Positions 1-13,915 of a stretch of DNA of 64,000 nucleotides are shown here, in pieces. This DNA is from Psilocybe cubensis. Lineage: Eukaryota. Positions within the stretch are counted from its first letter, which is position 1; each line of letters opens with the position of its first letter. The notes under the pieces are model-generated. The model had not been told where the DNA came from, made no database searches, and saw only the letters and a list, made by a program, of their open reading frames with translations. The stretch lies in assembly GCA_017499595.2 (NCBI GenBank), contig CM039008.1, positions 930,001 to 994,000 on the forward strand, in the 5' to 3' direction. A program made the translations under genes and the position numbers.

Positions 1-276
1 ATTCAAGGCCTGCCTTCGAAAACCGAAACACATCGCTCAGAAAATGACTACGAAGGTCTAAAATGTCCAGCAATATGGATATTGGATGGCAACAATGATT
101 GAAACTGGATGGTTGGTGGAGAAGGAAGAGAAGCGTCGGTGACTGAGAGGCGGGTCAACGGGCCGGCTAAGGCCGTACTCCTGACGGTGTTTATGTTTTG
201 TGTGTTTCTTGCTCTCAACTACCACATACGCTTTGCAATCTATACGCTCGTTTGGACCGAATAATATCTTATCCGA

Positions 277-1952
277 ATGGCCTCCACTCTTTCGGAATAC
301 CTTGACTCTCAGGACGAATTGGTCAAAGAGGCTGCGCTTGCTCTCCCACATCAGTTTTCTCAATGTACCTACTCCTTGGGGCCCCTCAGGTATGGATATT
401 TGGCATGGAAGTATGTCTTGTCCGGACCGACTCGCTAACGTATATGTCAAGACAAGCGGTGTATCTTTGTACAACGTGTCCAGAGGCTCGCGGACTATGC
501 GCTGCTTGTTCAGTAGCCTGCCATACTGATCATGAGCAAGTCGAACTGTATGTTCCGGAATTCCACTTTTCTCACCTATCAATAACTGACGCCGACAATA
601 CGCCGCCGACCACTCAGCTTTCCGAAAAGAAATTTTCGTTGCGACTGTCCGACAGTGGTGATCAGTCATAACTGTACCCTGCATCCCAAACTAGAGGAAG
701 AAAATGTTCAAAACCAATATGGTCAGAATTTCAGAGGTATTTTTTGCAGGTGCGGGCGGCCTTACGATCCCAAGACGGAGTTAGAGACCATGATTCAATG
801 TCTTGCTTGCGAAGTACGTTGGTTCCTGGTTTTCAGCATCAAGACCGAGTACCAACCTTCTTTTTAATGAAAAGGATTGGTTTCACGAGTCATGTTGCAA
901 CCTTCGTGAAAGACCAAGTTCGAGAGCTAACACCCCGGAAGTGCAACCAGACCAAAAAATCCCTGAGAAGCCATTGATAGATCAATCAATTGAAGACCAG
1001 CAATCCGGTAACGAAATAGGTGGAGACGCGGCATCAGAAACTTCGTCTTCGGGTCTTCCTCCACCTCTCATCACCGGTGACGAGTATGAGAGTTTTGTTT
1101 GTGGTTCTTGCACCTCTCGGAATCCTACCTTAAAACGTTGGGCGGGAACTTGCGGCGCTATGATGGTTGTTCGTGACACGCCTTCGGACCCATGGCGCCG
1201 CCTGAATGGTCCGTCCAAGGTAGGAGCAGAGCTTATTCAAATAGATGACCCCCAATCTGCAACTTTTGTTCTCGGGACTAAACGCCCTTTGTCTCCTTCG
1301 GCTGGGGAAGGACCGGAAACGAAACGCGTGAAAAACATCTCTGATGAGACAATTTCCACAACTCCATCGTGTCTTGCACCAGACCCTGTACCTTTGGCGC
1401 AAAAGATATTCGCAGAAATGGAATCGAGGGAGTCAGCTCCCTCTTTAGGCGCTGGTGATGTGTTTTTCACACTTGGATTTAAGGAAAGATGGTGCCAATG
1501 CGACTTGGTTAGAACGTTCTTGGCGTGATGCAATGAAGTCAACTAACCTTTTCTAGTGTTTTCCACCTTTAAAAATGGAACCCTATCTTCTACACGACGA
1601 AGAGACATACGAACCACCAGAGGATCCCGATTCAGGTTTCCCTATATTTCCCATACTTGATTTTCTATACTAATATAGTGGAAAAAGGACTATCTCTCGA
1701 AGAGTTGGGTATGCGCGCACTGTCGCGATTACCACGCGACAAGGCCATAGATGGAATACATGCTTTCAATGAAATGAGGTATGTCATATTTTCTCAAGCT
1801 CTTCGGTCAGAAGAAGGGAACCTCATGTACTTAGGAACGATCTGGTGAAATTCCTGCGCCCGTTTGCACAAGACGGAAAAGTGGTGAACGAAACCGATGT
1901 CCGGGACTTTTTTGCTTCTTTGAAAGAGGCTGCAAAGAAAGGCCGCGAATGA
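277..1952 (+). CDS. UBR7/Mlo2-like E3 ubiquitin ligase (UBR-box zinc finger + PHD-like finger), multi-exon
   Basis: Spliced translation MASTLSEYLDSQDELVKEAALALPHQFSQCTYSLGPLR|QAVYLCTTC...GLCAACSVACHTDHEQVEL|FPKRNFRCDCPT...NQYGQNFRGIFCRCGRPYDP...MIQCLACE|DWFHESC, and C-terminal LSRLPRDKAIDGIHAFNEM...; GT-AG introns; stop TGA at 1950-1952. Confidence 0.88.
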
Positions 1953-3728
1953 TACATCTCTTATCTTTCTCCAAGTTATCTCATCTACGTTCACACACAG
2001 GTTATATGTTTTGTTGGTGTTGTATTGTTAATTGCTTGCTGCTGATACACTATGTTGACATAGTTCTTTATTTTTGGTGACGACTGCGTAAAGCCATTGC
2101 TTCCATGCGTTCAGGGGTGTAAATCGCGTTTCTTCTCATGGCATGCTTATTTTGAGTTGTGTTCCTCAATGGTTTATGGTCTCCTTTCTTCTTTTGTTGC
2201 GAATAGCCACTCTTATAAATCAATCACTCTCCCTCTATGTCACGAAGTTTGATGAAAGTATTCAAAGAGGATGCTTGTGCGGAGATGAGCTATACTTGGT
2301 AAGCGTCATTACTACTTCTGCGTATAATTTCGCATCTAATGAACTTTGACACTGTACAATGTGTGACAACCTTGATATCGAGGACGTTTCGAGACCAAAC
2401 CCTTGCCCCGTCTGGTTTGCGCTCATGACACCAATAATACACATACACGGTTTAATGGTTTTGGTGGAAGATTTTTTTTTTCAGGGATCAGGGCAATTGA
2501 TGATATTCTGATGAAGGCTGCGGAAATTTCTTTGGAGAGACGGCTTGCTCTACACGAACGTTGTACCCAGGCGGGAACGGGGGGCCGCAATTACTCCCTC
2601 AACAAGTATCGTGTGGATATTTTCCGGATGACTTTCGCGTGGGTTTCGATGGGTGGCAACCAATGACCCTCGACTGTGCAAATCTCCTGCTGCTCCGTCA
2701 ATGCAGAGTCTATGTGATTTTGCTGTGGTGTAGATAAGACTCGACCGTGAACGAGTTCTCTAGCCAAGTAATCGTCCTAGCCAAGTACTTCATCAGCCTT
2801 GGCAATATAGTGTCGGTCCCGGATGCAAGGGCATTGGGTACTGTGTTATAATTAAATGCTGCCTTCGAAGCATGTAGAAATGCCAGTGGAGGTTGTCTGG
2901 CCTTTGTGCTCAGCTCAGATAAAGGGGACTTGAACAAGCTTTCAATTGTATTTAAAAATTAAGATTGCAATCCATGGACCCCGCTTGCCTCGCGTGAGAT
3001 CGTTTGGGGAAATTGTCAAGAACCCAGCTCTCGACCAGGCAGACGGTTATACCGGGCTCACAGGGAACTCGAAAGGAAGCAAATGGGAGCTTGTGTAGCC
3101 TTTCTCAGAGGCGTTTTCAAATTCCGAATCGCAAGGACTCAGAGGTTCGGTACTCTGTTCTGCCAAACATTTGTGTTTCAGAACACTTGCCACTCAGCGG
3201 TATCTGCTGGCAGCTGTGTCATGTAAGTGACGATTTACAGCGCATTAAAGGTGATGATCGTGTATGGACATGGAATACCCGAAAGTAACCCAGTGCGGAA
3301 TACGATCACATAAACATCATAAATCGGACGTCGGGCGGTCTTGGTCGCGTTGTGTACACGATTACTTAGTAGCCATGATGCTAGTCAAATACGCTGACGA
3401 TCTCTCATGGCCATGGGATGATTTGATTGTGGTTTTTCTCAAACATGTCAAAGTTGTGGCGCGTATCGTTCATGCTTCGCGTTGCCGCTGAGGTGAAAGC
3501 TGGACGTTTAAAATCACACGCCTATATCATTTTCGCGAACAATTTTTTTTGAGTCTGTATAATGCAACTCCTTCGATTGCCCGCCATGCTGATAGATACT
3601 ACAGGTAATACAGTCTAATGCATATGATGATGTCTAGATAATGATAAATAAATGTAAATCTTGGTCTCATGCTCGTGTCATGCCTCGGCGTAATGTCTTC
3701 ATGATCGACGGCTAAGTAGCATTGTGTT

Positions 3729-5575
3729 TTACAGGACGGCCTGGAGTCGTTCCACCGAAGGAATTGCATTGCCCGAATATGTCGTGAGTTCTTCTAGATA
3801 GGACTTCCACGCATGGTCAGAGACGATTGGGGCAGAGACGTAATTTTCAACATCCAGTTGCTCGAGGAAATCGTCCAGGTGAACCATAAATGACGAAACA
3901 GCAGCCTCTTCGCGAATTCGTTGCTCCATTCGCGTCAGGCCGCCTTGCTCTGAGTACCAGGCGGGATCTTGCCGGATAATCGCAGATTCGTACACATCAA
4001 GGATTGGCTTCGGAAGGCCTGCTTTGGCCGCGGCTGAATAGGCCATCGCATGACCAATGGCTTCGATGACCTTTTCTGACTGGGGCAGGATGAGGAAATT
4101 AAATGAATCACTGCGATGTTCGCATTTGAGAGAGAGGAATAGGTCGTGGTTCTCTTGTAAAATTGAGGCAGCGTGATGCGCAAGCAACGATTCTGATGGA
4201 TCGGGAAGTGGGAGTTCAAAGTGGCCTTGAAGTAACTCCGAGAACAGTCGAATACAGAGGGTAAGGACATCCCCTTCGGCAATGATCACACCTTTTCCAT
4301 CGTTCTATTGAATTCGGTCCCAATTATTATGGATTGAATGGAGAGAGAGGGAAAAGAAACTTGCCTCTATCTTCGCCATATAATTCTGGGCGAAAGTACC
4401 TTGGGCACCACATCGTTCAGCGACTTCCGGTACACACCGCTGGAAATGCCGGCAGACGGTGGTTTTAATGACAACGGACATAGCATGACGAAGTCGATGA
4501 TCGCTGTTTGCCATTGCGTCTTGGACAGCAGTCGGGTACCAGTTGGCCATCACCATTCCGACGGCTGTGGCATGAGCAATTGGCCATTGCTGAGTACGGA
4601 ATGAAATGATCGGCATAGGAATGTCGTTTTTGCCGAGAATGCACCGTCGTATAGAGTACTTGCCGCCGATAAAGGCCACAGACTTGATAGCTGTAATCCA
4701 GGGAGCGGGAACAGCCATGGTGCCAAGTTGGATTCGCCAAATTTCGTTCCACCATGCTTCGAGTGGCCGGGCAGGCTTTGAAATGTTCATGATGTCAGAG
4801 GCAACAAGGGCTGTTGGAGGAAGGTGGACTTGATTGAAGGTTGTAATGGAGAAGTCCAAAGGGCCGGTTCCGCTTCGTGTTGGAAGCCTGGTGGATTGAA
4901 CACCGCGATACATCTCTTTTTCGTTGCAAATTGGAACTATGAAAAAGCGACAGCCGCGATCTTCACCGTCGACTATCAGCCGAGCCATAACAAGAGCAAC
5001 TTTAGGAATGTTGAACTTTGGCGTCGAAGCGGGCATAAATCTTCAAAAAAATATTTAGTTTTGGGCAGGCACAATGTGATGGCAGCTTACTTGGCTGCTT
5101 CTTCGCGTGGTGTATGTAAGATGTAGCCGTCCGGAGTTTTCGTTGCGGTAGTCTCAATGTTGAAAGAATCAAGACCGTGACCCCTTTCGGTTAGAAGGTA
5201 CAGGCCGACAGTTTCAAACCTCAGAAGGCGTTGAACAAGAGGCCTGAGGTCGGGCCGGGCCTTTAAATGACAGGATAATGTACCGATAGCCAGACCGATG
5301 TGAGCGGCTAGGATGGTAAACATAGCGATGTCGAGTGAGAGGATTGGGTCGCATATCAGTTGCCAAAATCTAGGCGAGCAAAATTGGATATCTTGTGCAG
5401 TGAGACCTGTGGAGTAAAGTCAGTATTCCATGTACGACGCGCTGTGTGCGTGGTACTAACGGTATGTTTGCATAACGAGCTTTGCGCGCTGATATGACAA
5501 GGATACTTGTTCATCAGGGCTCAAGAGCTCTGACCTGACGGTGAAGAGTGGATGCTGGTAAAGTTGGTTGTTCAT
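3729..5575 (-). CDS. Acyl-CoA oxidase/dehydrogenase family flavoprotein, multi-exon
   Basis: Motifs LLTERGHGLDSFNIETTAT, YILHTPREEAAK|FMP, VAERCGAQG and IIAEGDVLTLCIRL. ATG at 5575 (MNNQLYQHPLF...). One intron is GC-AG (4305-4364). Confidence 0.85.
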
Positions 5576-7205
5576 GGCTCTTGGAGAGATTTTGCGTTGG
5601 GAGGAATGACGACTGGTGGCGCCCTTTTAAATAATTCATGAGAGTGGTGATTCCACGAATTCGCATCGTCAGAATGCTTGTTATCTTCTATGGGAGACTG
5701 TTTTTCCCAGTTGAGGAAAATCTAGAAGTTAGCATCACGTATAGAGTAAAATAAACAGATGCGCAAGGGACTCACATCGAGTTCCCGGATATGACTTTGT
5801 GGCATAAACTAAAAATAATCTCCAGTTGGTAGATCCTGAGGACGGAATAAATCTACATATTGGCACTTTGTTTAGCGTATAAAGATTCGGTCGATGAAAC
5901 TCAAATCGTGTACAGAAAGAAGTCACTCGACGTGACATTCAGTGCGAGCAGACGATCGGAATTGGAGTGCTGAAAAAACCAGAAAGGAAGCCGGCAATGG
6001 ACGATGTCGGTCTTGAGCAGAGTGAGATTGGTGTCCGCTTGATTCGGCCAGTATCCGCCTGCAGCCGTTGTTCCCACCTCGAAGTCGCAGCGCTAAAGAG
6101 CAACGATACCGAACAATTGGATTCGGCTCCAAGCACACGCAGATGATGCCCAGATTGTCATATCTTTGGGATTCCACTTCCCGGGATTCCAGTCTGGTGA
6201 AAAGACCCGAAAGAGTGAGGGCGTGGGTGAATGAAGGATATCTCAAGATCTCCCTTGTGGACCGGAAAGGATGACAAGATGAATTTGTGCTAAGATTGAA
6301 CACATCGAACGATTCTGGGTAACATTGCCAGTGTTGATGATGGTGGTACAGCGCAAGATGGCGAAAAGTCTGAATTTGTTGTGATCTAAGCTTTGATGTT
6401 TTTGTCATATGCACGTGCTTCGCTATTGGTTCTTGACCACAACGGCTTATAATCTTCGACTCCTTGGGAAATTCTAAAACTCTCTCTTGTCCATGTGATG
6501 ATGCTTATAATGTTATGACTGAGAAATGTCGCCCTCATCTTGCTTAGTCGCTTTCATCTTTCTCTCAATGTATCAATGGCCAGCTAACGTTATTCGCGAA
6601 TGCATATCAGAATGTTCGCAACAACAACGGACCTCGGTGCTGTACCTTCACCACACACAGTAACTGGTGTCTGCAAACCAGCGTGTGGCAGGTCCATAAA
6701 AGACACATGTCTTTAAAATATGTTCTTTCACAGCTCAGTGACGTCCATCATCAAGATGCAAGGCCGGCTTGTTTAACGCCTCTCCTGCCTCAGTCTAATC
6801 TTAGGACTCACACACGCCTAATCCGCCCAGTTCATTTCCAATGCTAAACCGCAGATTGCCAGACTTCGGTATACATCAAACTATCCAATGATTGGCTCGT
6901 CAAAAGGGACGTAACCTTTGCTTTAACTCATTGGTTTCTTCATCAATGTCCGCTCGAGGAATCTTCATTCAACTACCGTGGAATTGCCAGAAGCCTTGGC
7001 CTACTCCATTTGCTACACGAGTGTGAGTGTCGACCAAAATAGCCACCACACATATCAATCCGTATTCATACTTCAATTTTAGCACGGTTGTCTGCCGATT
7101 CTCTTCCTGCAGGACATGGGAAAGGGCACAAGTATGAAGCATCCACGCTAATTTGTATCCCTAGCGTGTTTGCTACCATCGCAGCTTTGCCCCTTCTTCC
7201 ACACC

Positions 7206-9304
7206 ATGGAAGGCCGACTATCCAGCAAAAACGACTTCCCCTCGTCAGAGACCTCCAGCAGGGGCAGCAGTAGCCTTCATTCACCGATTACCGACCCCTG
7301 CGCGTCGAAGGAGATGGTGGTAGATGTGGAGGTACAGGCACTGCCAACACTTGGGAATGATACTGGTTCAAACGCGGTACAAACACCTTCTTTTCCTGAA
7401 GGTGGCCTACGCGCATGGCTGACGGTAATTGGGGGGTGAGAACACCGAAAAACACCTCTACTCGCCCTCAAACGCTGAACCTTTCTTGTTGGCTCGTAGC
7501 ACGATGGTCACTTTTTGCACTTTTGGTGTTGTGCAGTCGTTTGGCGTCTATCAGGACTACTATAGCGTAAGTTCGGTCTCAACCGTATCTCCGCACCACC
7601 TAATGACCGCCCTGTAGCGCACATCCCTCAGCGAACGCTCGTCGTCTGAAATCAGCTTGATTGGATCGATGCAAGTCTTCCTGGTTTTCGCTATCGGGCT
7701 CCCTGCCGGACGATTATTCGACGCTGGATACTTCCATCACTGTCTCCTCACTGGTTCTGTCATCTATATTTTCTCGTTGGTGACTTTGTTTTGTTTGCAG
7801 CTTCATTCACTCATTTGGTTGCCTTTTAAACTCAATAGGATCTTTATGCTGTCCATCGCGGAGCCTCATCATTACTATCAAAACCTACTCTCGCAGGGCG
7901 TTGGGATGGGACTGGGAATGGGAATGATGTTTCTGCCATCCCTCACCATTACATCACACTATTTTCGGGTAAAGCGATCAATGGCTATGGGAATTGTGAT
8001 TGCAGGTAAATTCTTTTCCTTTCAAAACAACCTCGCAATCAGCGGTGACGTACTTACTTCGAACATCTGCAGGGTCGAGTCTCGGTGGCGTTGTTTATCC
8101 AGTATTGCTAAACAACATATTCCAAAGGAGCTCAGGGTTCCAGTGGGGAGTAAGGTAGATACTTTACATGTGCAGGGTCTGTGGCAGTGGGACTAACCGA
8201 TACATACAGGGGTGTGGCATTCATGGACCTTGGTTTCCTTATTATCGCGAACTCAATCATGCGAACTCGCCTTCCTCCGAAAAAAGCACAGGACGGGAGC
8301 GGAGCCACTTTCAGAAAGGTGTTGTCAGACATACCTTTCCTTATTTATATCCTCGGGTCGTTTTTGGTGCGTATGAGCTTGAGTTTATCGTGCCTGCCGC
8401 TGTTGCTCAACATGTTTCTCACAGGTATTCTGGGGCATCTTCGTACCCTGTTAGTTGATCAATAAGTTTTTCGGAGTGTCGGCACATACTAACCCATTCC
8501 GTAGTCTTCTATCTGCAGCTATACGCCTCCACGCATGGTGTCGATGCCATGTTCACGAAATACTCAGTACGCAGTCCGCCTTGCTTCTGTGGACGCTGCC
8601 TATATCTTATACACCTATCAGATCACAGTGATGAACGCGGCGTCGGTGTTTGGAAGGACTGTCCCAAATTTCATGGGAGACATCTATGGCCCGTTGAATA
8701 GTAAGTTTGAGCTCAACGAGGACTCCGCCCTTCTAACTGATGAAACTTTGATGAATATAGTCATGATTCCCTCTGCTCTCATTACTGCTGGTCTTATCTT
8801 CGGTATGTTTGGAGCAAAGAGTGTTGCCGGTGTAGCGATCTTTGGTGTATTCTATGGCTTTTTTTCTGGAGGCCGTAAGTGAACCCATGATCCATCATTT
8901 ATAGTGCATGAGCTTACTCGCTTGTTGTTTACAGTCGTGTCTTTGGTGGCTCCGGGTGTTGCATCTTTCGTGACTCAGCGAGATTTATCTGATCTTGGGT
9001 ATTTATAGCATCTTCCAATGGATAAACATTTTTCTGACAATTTTCCTTTGCCAGAATCCGCATTGGCATGGTGTCTTTTTCCCTGTCATTTGCATTGCTC
9101 ACGGGCAACCCTATTGCTGGCGCACTTCTTACTTCCCACAGACATTGGTCTAGACCACTGATCTTTGCAGCAGTGCGTACCATTCACTACATAAATTGCT
9201 GACCGCGCTAATCGATATCTTAGGTGGTGGTCTTCATGGGCGCTGCCTGCTTTATGTCTGTGTGGAAACCAATCACAAGAAGACGAGGGCATAAAAGGGT
9301 TTGA
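7206..9304 (+). CDS. MFS monocarboxylate/riboflavin-type (MCH/MCT family) transporter, multi-exon
   Basis: FPEGGLRAWLTVIGG, FGVVQSFGVYQDYY, PAGRLFDAGYFH, SQGVGMGLGMGMMFLP, SHYFRVKRSMAMGIVIAG, NAASVFGRTVPN and LTGNPIAGALL; many hydrophobic helices. Confidence 0.88.
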
Positions 9305-10341
9305 TTTAAAAAGTAATTGCATTGATAGACAGGCGTTGCTGCCTTCCTCGTCAGTCGAATCCCTCGCAAGTCTGCGTCTGGGGATACATTGGCTGGGGTG
9401 AAAGCAAAGGACACGAGTCATGACTAATGACCAATATCTATATCTATAAGAGTTATGTACCATTACTATACCGCTGTGCACATATGTATTATCATCATTC
9501 GCTTTCGTGCTTTGTCTAGTATGCCCAACACCTTAGATTCTCCCTTGGAACCTCCGAATTGTTTCTCAATCCTAATTTCGCTCATTCGTAAAACACAGAT
9601 ACAAGTATCAGAAATGTACTAGCTTCGTTTTCAGACGCCCACAGCGCTAATGGCTGGTGTGCCTTATACATTGCCCCTAAGAGCCTAGAGATATGCCCAG
9701 GGGTGAAATGGATTGCCGAAAGGGGTATGTTTGAGGGCAGGCTCGCCAATTAGCGATGCCGAGATGCCGACAAAAGTTCCAGCAAGTTTCGTCATTTCCA
9801 AATCGAATTTGAGCTGCCTTCTTTCTGGAAGTTTGGAACGGATTTAAAGAGATTCAACGCAAGAACGTTTGTGAGTGCAGTTTTGACTAGACCAGCTATG
9901 TCCAGACGCCACCTTCTTCCTCCGCATTTTGTCCGCCTCGAATCTGAGCCCTGCTCGTCCATGTCAGCATGCACAAAGCATGGTTCAGAATCCTAGAAGC
10001 AAAGGGGTTCGGGGTTATCGCTGGGCAGGGCTCTCGGGCGCGGCGCGGCGGCTATTTTTAAAATGCGGACTCATTTGCGATAAAACTAATCTGCAGTATG
10101 TTTTGCAGGTTTTCATTACAGGTCATTACAGGTCAATATTACGTTGAATAAATTCAAATGCCAACTGAACTCCTTTTTCACTTAGTCCTAATTCGTCTCA
10201 CGGGTTCGCGACGACATCATGTTTATCAAAAAATATACCCGCCTTTGATCCTAATGAATCTGATGATTGTGATGGCTTACCTGGGTGGACCAGGAGCGCT
10301 GGACAAAGCCTCTTCAACTATTACAACTCGGATATCGTACA

Positions 10342-12358
10342 ATGCAATCAGTGGGAAAGGATACTACTGTTGTCCCCTTGAGGTTTGTTGTCGTTGGGGG
10401 TGGTATCACAGGTTAGTACTTCCATCTTGAGCTTATGGTGACTGTCAGGTTTACTGACAACGAGCACGGTGTTTTGAAGGCTTGTCTACAGCATACTCGC
10501 TTGCACGGGCAGGGCATAGTGTTGTTGTCCTTGAAAAGACTGATGGAGCGAGGAAGGTACGCCGATAGTAGCCCCTGAGTCCAACACGACGGTGCTGAAA
10601 CTGGGATCGACGCGACGTTCAGAATACAATGAATGTCCGGTGAGTCCGCGTCTATGATGATGTTGAATGGGGTGTTAATACCTTGTTGATCATTTCGCAG
10701 GTGTCCTCCCAGCATGACCAGAGTGTTGCACCAGTGGGGCCTGAAAAATGAGATCGATGAAATGGCGCAGGTTTGCGACAGGTATGTTCTGGCAAGTCGC
10801 CTCTTGTTTGAAATGTCATCGGTAAATTTGCGCCGTCGATAGAATCAACTGGTACTCTGGTCCCAATGCCGAACCACTGGGTTCACTTATTCTCGAACAC
10901 TTCGTCAGAGATGTCGCGGCCAACCTTTGTTTCCTTGAGGTGAGTGCCTATCTCAGTTGGAGAATTCTAAACTCAAAGTGGTAACGACATTTTAGCATGG
11001 ACGACTGCATGACTTGTTCCTCAAGTTGGCTAAGAACCAAGGAGTGGATATCAAATACAATTCGAGGGTAATAGGCGCCGACTCAGAAACAGGCTATGTG
11101 TCGTTGGAGAATGGCGAACAGGTGTATGGTGATGTAATTATAGCCGCAGATGGTTATAACAGCGCCATGCGTGATATTGTTGTGGGAGAGGAGAACAACA
11201 CGAATCCGGAGAAAACGCTCATTTTGTCGTTTGGCTTGCCATCCTGTGTGTTACAAGGCGATCCAGAGCTACAATCGGTCGTGGATTCTAATGCAGTGAG
11301 TTGATTTTCTGCATGGTTTTATTTTCTCCTTTAGAACTCGCGTTATCTCGATAGACGTCGTATTGGCTTGGAGATGGTTATTTCTGTGTTGGAAATTTGC
11401 TAGTAAGTGTTATTTTGGATAATGCATTTCTGTTCTGGAAAATCAAGCTAATCATGGCTTCCATTCCAGAACAAAGACCGTGATTTCGCTGGGGTGGTAT
11501 CTCAGAAATATAGCGGTTCACGAGAAGTCGGCGACTGGACCACAGCTGAGGATATCGGTCAAACTAACATTGATTTTGGGAAACTGGACACAAGGTCTGT
11601 TTTATTTCATGTGAATAAACAGATTAGAATTGATTTATAGGCATGGAATGCGATGAAGAGTTAAAAAGATGCTGGGTCACGCCACGTCTCTTTACTCACG
11701 GATAATCCACACCAGGGCAAGCGTAGACAGCCTGGTATGCGAAAATTCAAGAATAGCTCTTGTCGGGGGCGCCGCGCATCCGTTACTGGTAAGTTTAGAT
11801 CATACCACCTGCACTTTCGTCGCATCATAGTTGCTCACATCCACATCCATTCATTCATAATTGCACACACCATCTTGATCATGATCTCTTGTATAGTATG
11901 GTGCCAACCACAATCACGCACTGGGATTTGAAGATGCCCAAGCACTCGGATGCCTGTTCTCGCGGTTGCAATGCAAAGACCAAGTTTCACAGCTCTTGAC
12001 GGCTTACAACGAGATCCGACAACCATGGTCCCAATTTGCTCTCGCGCACACATATAGACACCATCAGCTGCTGAGGCTCCCTGTCGGCCCGGAACAGCAG
12101 GCGAGGGACGCGTTGATGCGCCCGACGATGAGGCGTCTGGGCGATGCCGCCGCCGCCGCCGCCGTGCCGGACGGCAGTATCGACGAGCCGCTGTTCAGGC
12201 GCGTGTGGGGAGGGGATTTGCAGCTGTTCGCGTATGATGCGAGAGAGAGGGTGGAGGACTGGTGGAGCAAATGGGGGGCGTCTATTGTGAAGAAGTCGAG
12301 TATGGCCACCTTGGTCGTGCCCCGGGTGCAGGTTTCGGTGTCGACCAAGACGGAGTGA
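10342..12358 (+). CDS. FAD-dependent monooxygenase (salicylate hydroxylase-like, class A), about 10 exons
   Basis: Rossmann motif FVVVGGGIT|GLSTAYSLARAGHSVVVLEK; DG motif DVIIAADGYNS; GD-like motif LVGGAAHP; ALGFEDA. Exons join in frame through GT-AG introns. Confidence 0.82.
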
Positions 12359-13379
12359 GTGAGGGGCTCGGTTGAGATTTATGGTTTTTTCGAACGTATA
12401 AGGTTGTGCGATTGTTCTTTAATTTGATCTTTCTTATAGTATACCAATATATGGATTGTGTGCATTTTAGGTAGAGTTTTAGGATTGTGTAGTGAAAATC
12501 GTGTCTGCCAGGCGTTCCATTTTAGTTAAACGAGCTGTGTCAATTCTGCCGTGAGATCACAGCGTGGAATGAAAATAGGTAAATCATGCTACATAACATT
12601 TTCTCCTAGCCACGGTAAGCGCCCATTTCTAACGGGATACAATAAGGCTACTCCTTCAATGACGGACCTATAATTGACTTCCCTGAATGGAGGATACAAA
12701 TATTCTGGCAAGCTAGTGTACATATCCACTCCGACTCTGGTATCCACAATGGTTTTAAATTTACCTTGTTCATAAGCGACCAGTACGGCTTCCGACGAGG
12801 GTTCAAGCTTACCGTCAAACAATGCGTTCGGGGTGTATTTTTTTCGACAAATCGCTTGTTAACTAACAAAGTCAGATGGTAATAATTTTAAAAGCTAAGT
12901 GGAGAGGATTATTTTCCGAGTCCACTTGCGCTACAAGCGCCCGCAGACTTGACATAAGCAACGCCGCAAGGTAAAGTAAAAGTAACGCAACGCGCATCGC
13001 CGCATATATCCCACCACACGTGGACGCGGTGTGCCGCGTATGCTCTGTCTGCCCTGGGTGGCGGACCCTTTCAACCCATATTTAAGTGCGTATGGATATG
13101 GATGGACATTATAGGACCACACGCCATAAAAGGGTATAGTAAACCTAATTCTGCTTTGGGACTCGGAAGAATTTGAATGTGAGCTTTTGCCCAGGTTTGC
13201 CCCTGGGGAGCCTGCCGGCCTGAAGTGTCGATCGACGATGATGATGGGTGGGTGGGTGTGCGTTTTCTAACTATATACATGGTCATGAACTTGAACTTGA
13301 ATGCCGAAGGGATATGCCAGGTGGTTATTTTGGCTGCTTCGGATGCCTGTTTTGATTTTTTTCACTGCATTTCGGGGCC

Positions 13380-13915
13380 TTTGTTATTGTTATTGTTATT
13401 GCTATAGTTATAGTTATATGATCGACTTATATCGAGTGCAAGGTGTCTTGGTGTGAAAAATGACGGCGCTCGAGTCAGACGACGGATAGGGGTGACGTGA
13501 CCATTGGGCCAGGAAGGGCCGTGATGAGATTGGCTGGTATATAAACTCGACGTTCGTTTGGAATCTGCAGCCGAAGGGAAGAGGGAAGAGGGAAGAGGGA
13601 AGAGATACTTAGGGCGCAGGCAGGTGTTAAAAAGAAACGGTGTGAATGCACTTTCGGATGCCTTCGGAGGCCGCGAGTAAATTGCTTTTCGAGTAGAGAT
13701 AGGGCTGTGGAGTTTGGATGGATGGATAGATAGATAGATGGATAAATGGATGGATGGACGGATGATGATGATGATGATGTATTTCGATTGGATGTGCACT
13801 GGTTTTGAACTTTGAACTTTGAACTCGCGTACGTTGTCCGCTTGCTTGGAACTTGGGGATTCAGAGGAGGTAATTCATTGAGTGTTACACAAGCACAAGC
13901 ACAAGCACAAGCTCG
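13380..13915. repeat. Cluster of short tandem repeats (TTGTTA, GGGAAGA x4, GATG/GATA/GAT, TTTGAAC, GCACAA)
   Basis: Visible directly in the intergenic sequence. Confidence 0.85.

Noticed and set aside
58..684. 208-aa minus-strand ORF
   Set aside because: Mostly antisense to the UBR7-like gene. Its distal part looks like a 5'UTR with an intron (~107-178) of a divergent gene running out of the window.
3729..3740. Peroxisomal PTS1 on the acyl-CoA oxidase-like protein
   Set aside because: C-terminus -AVL lacks the basic residue of the canonical (S/A/C)(K/R/H)L signal.
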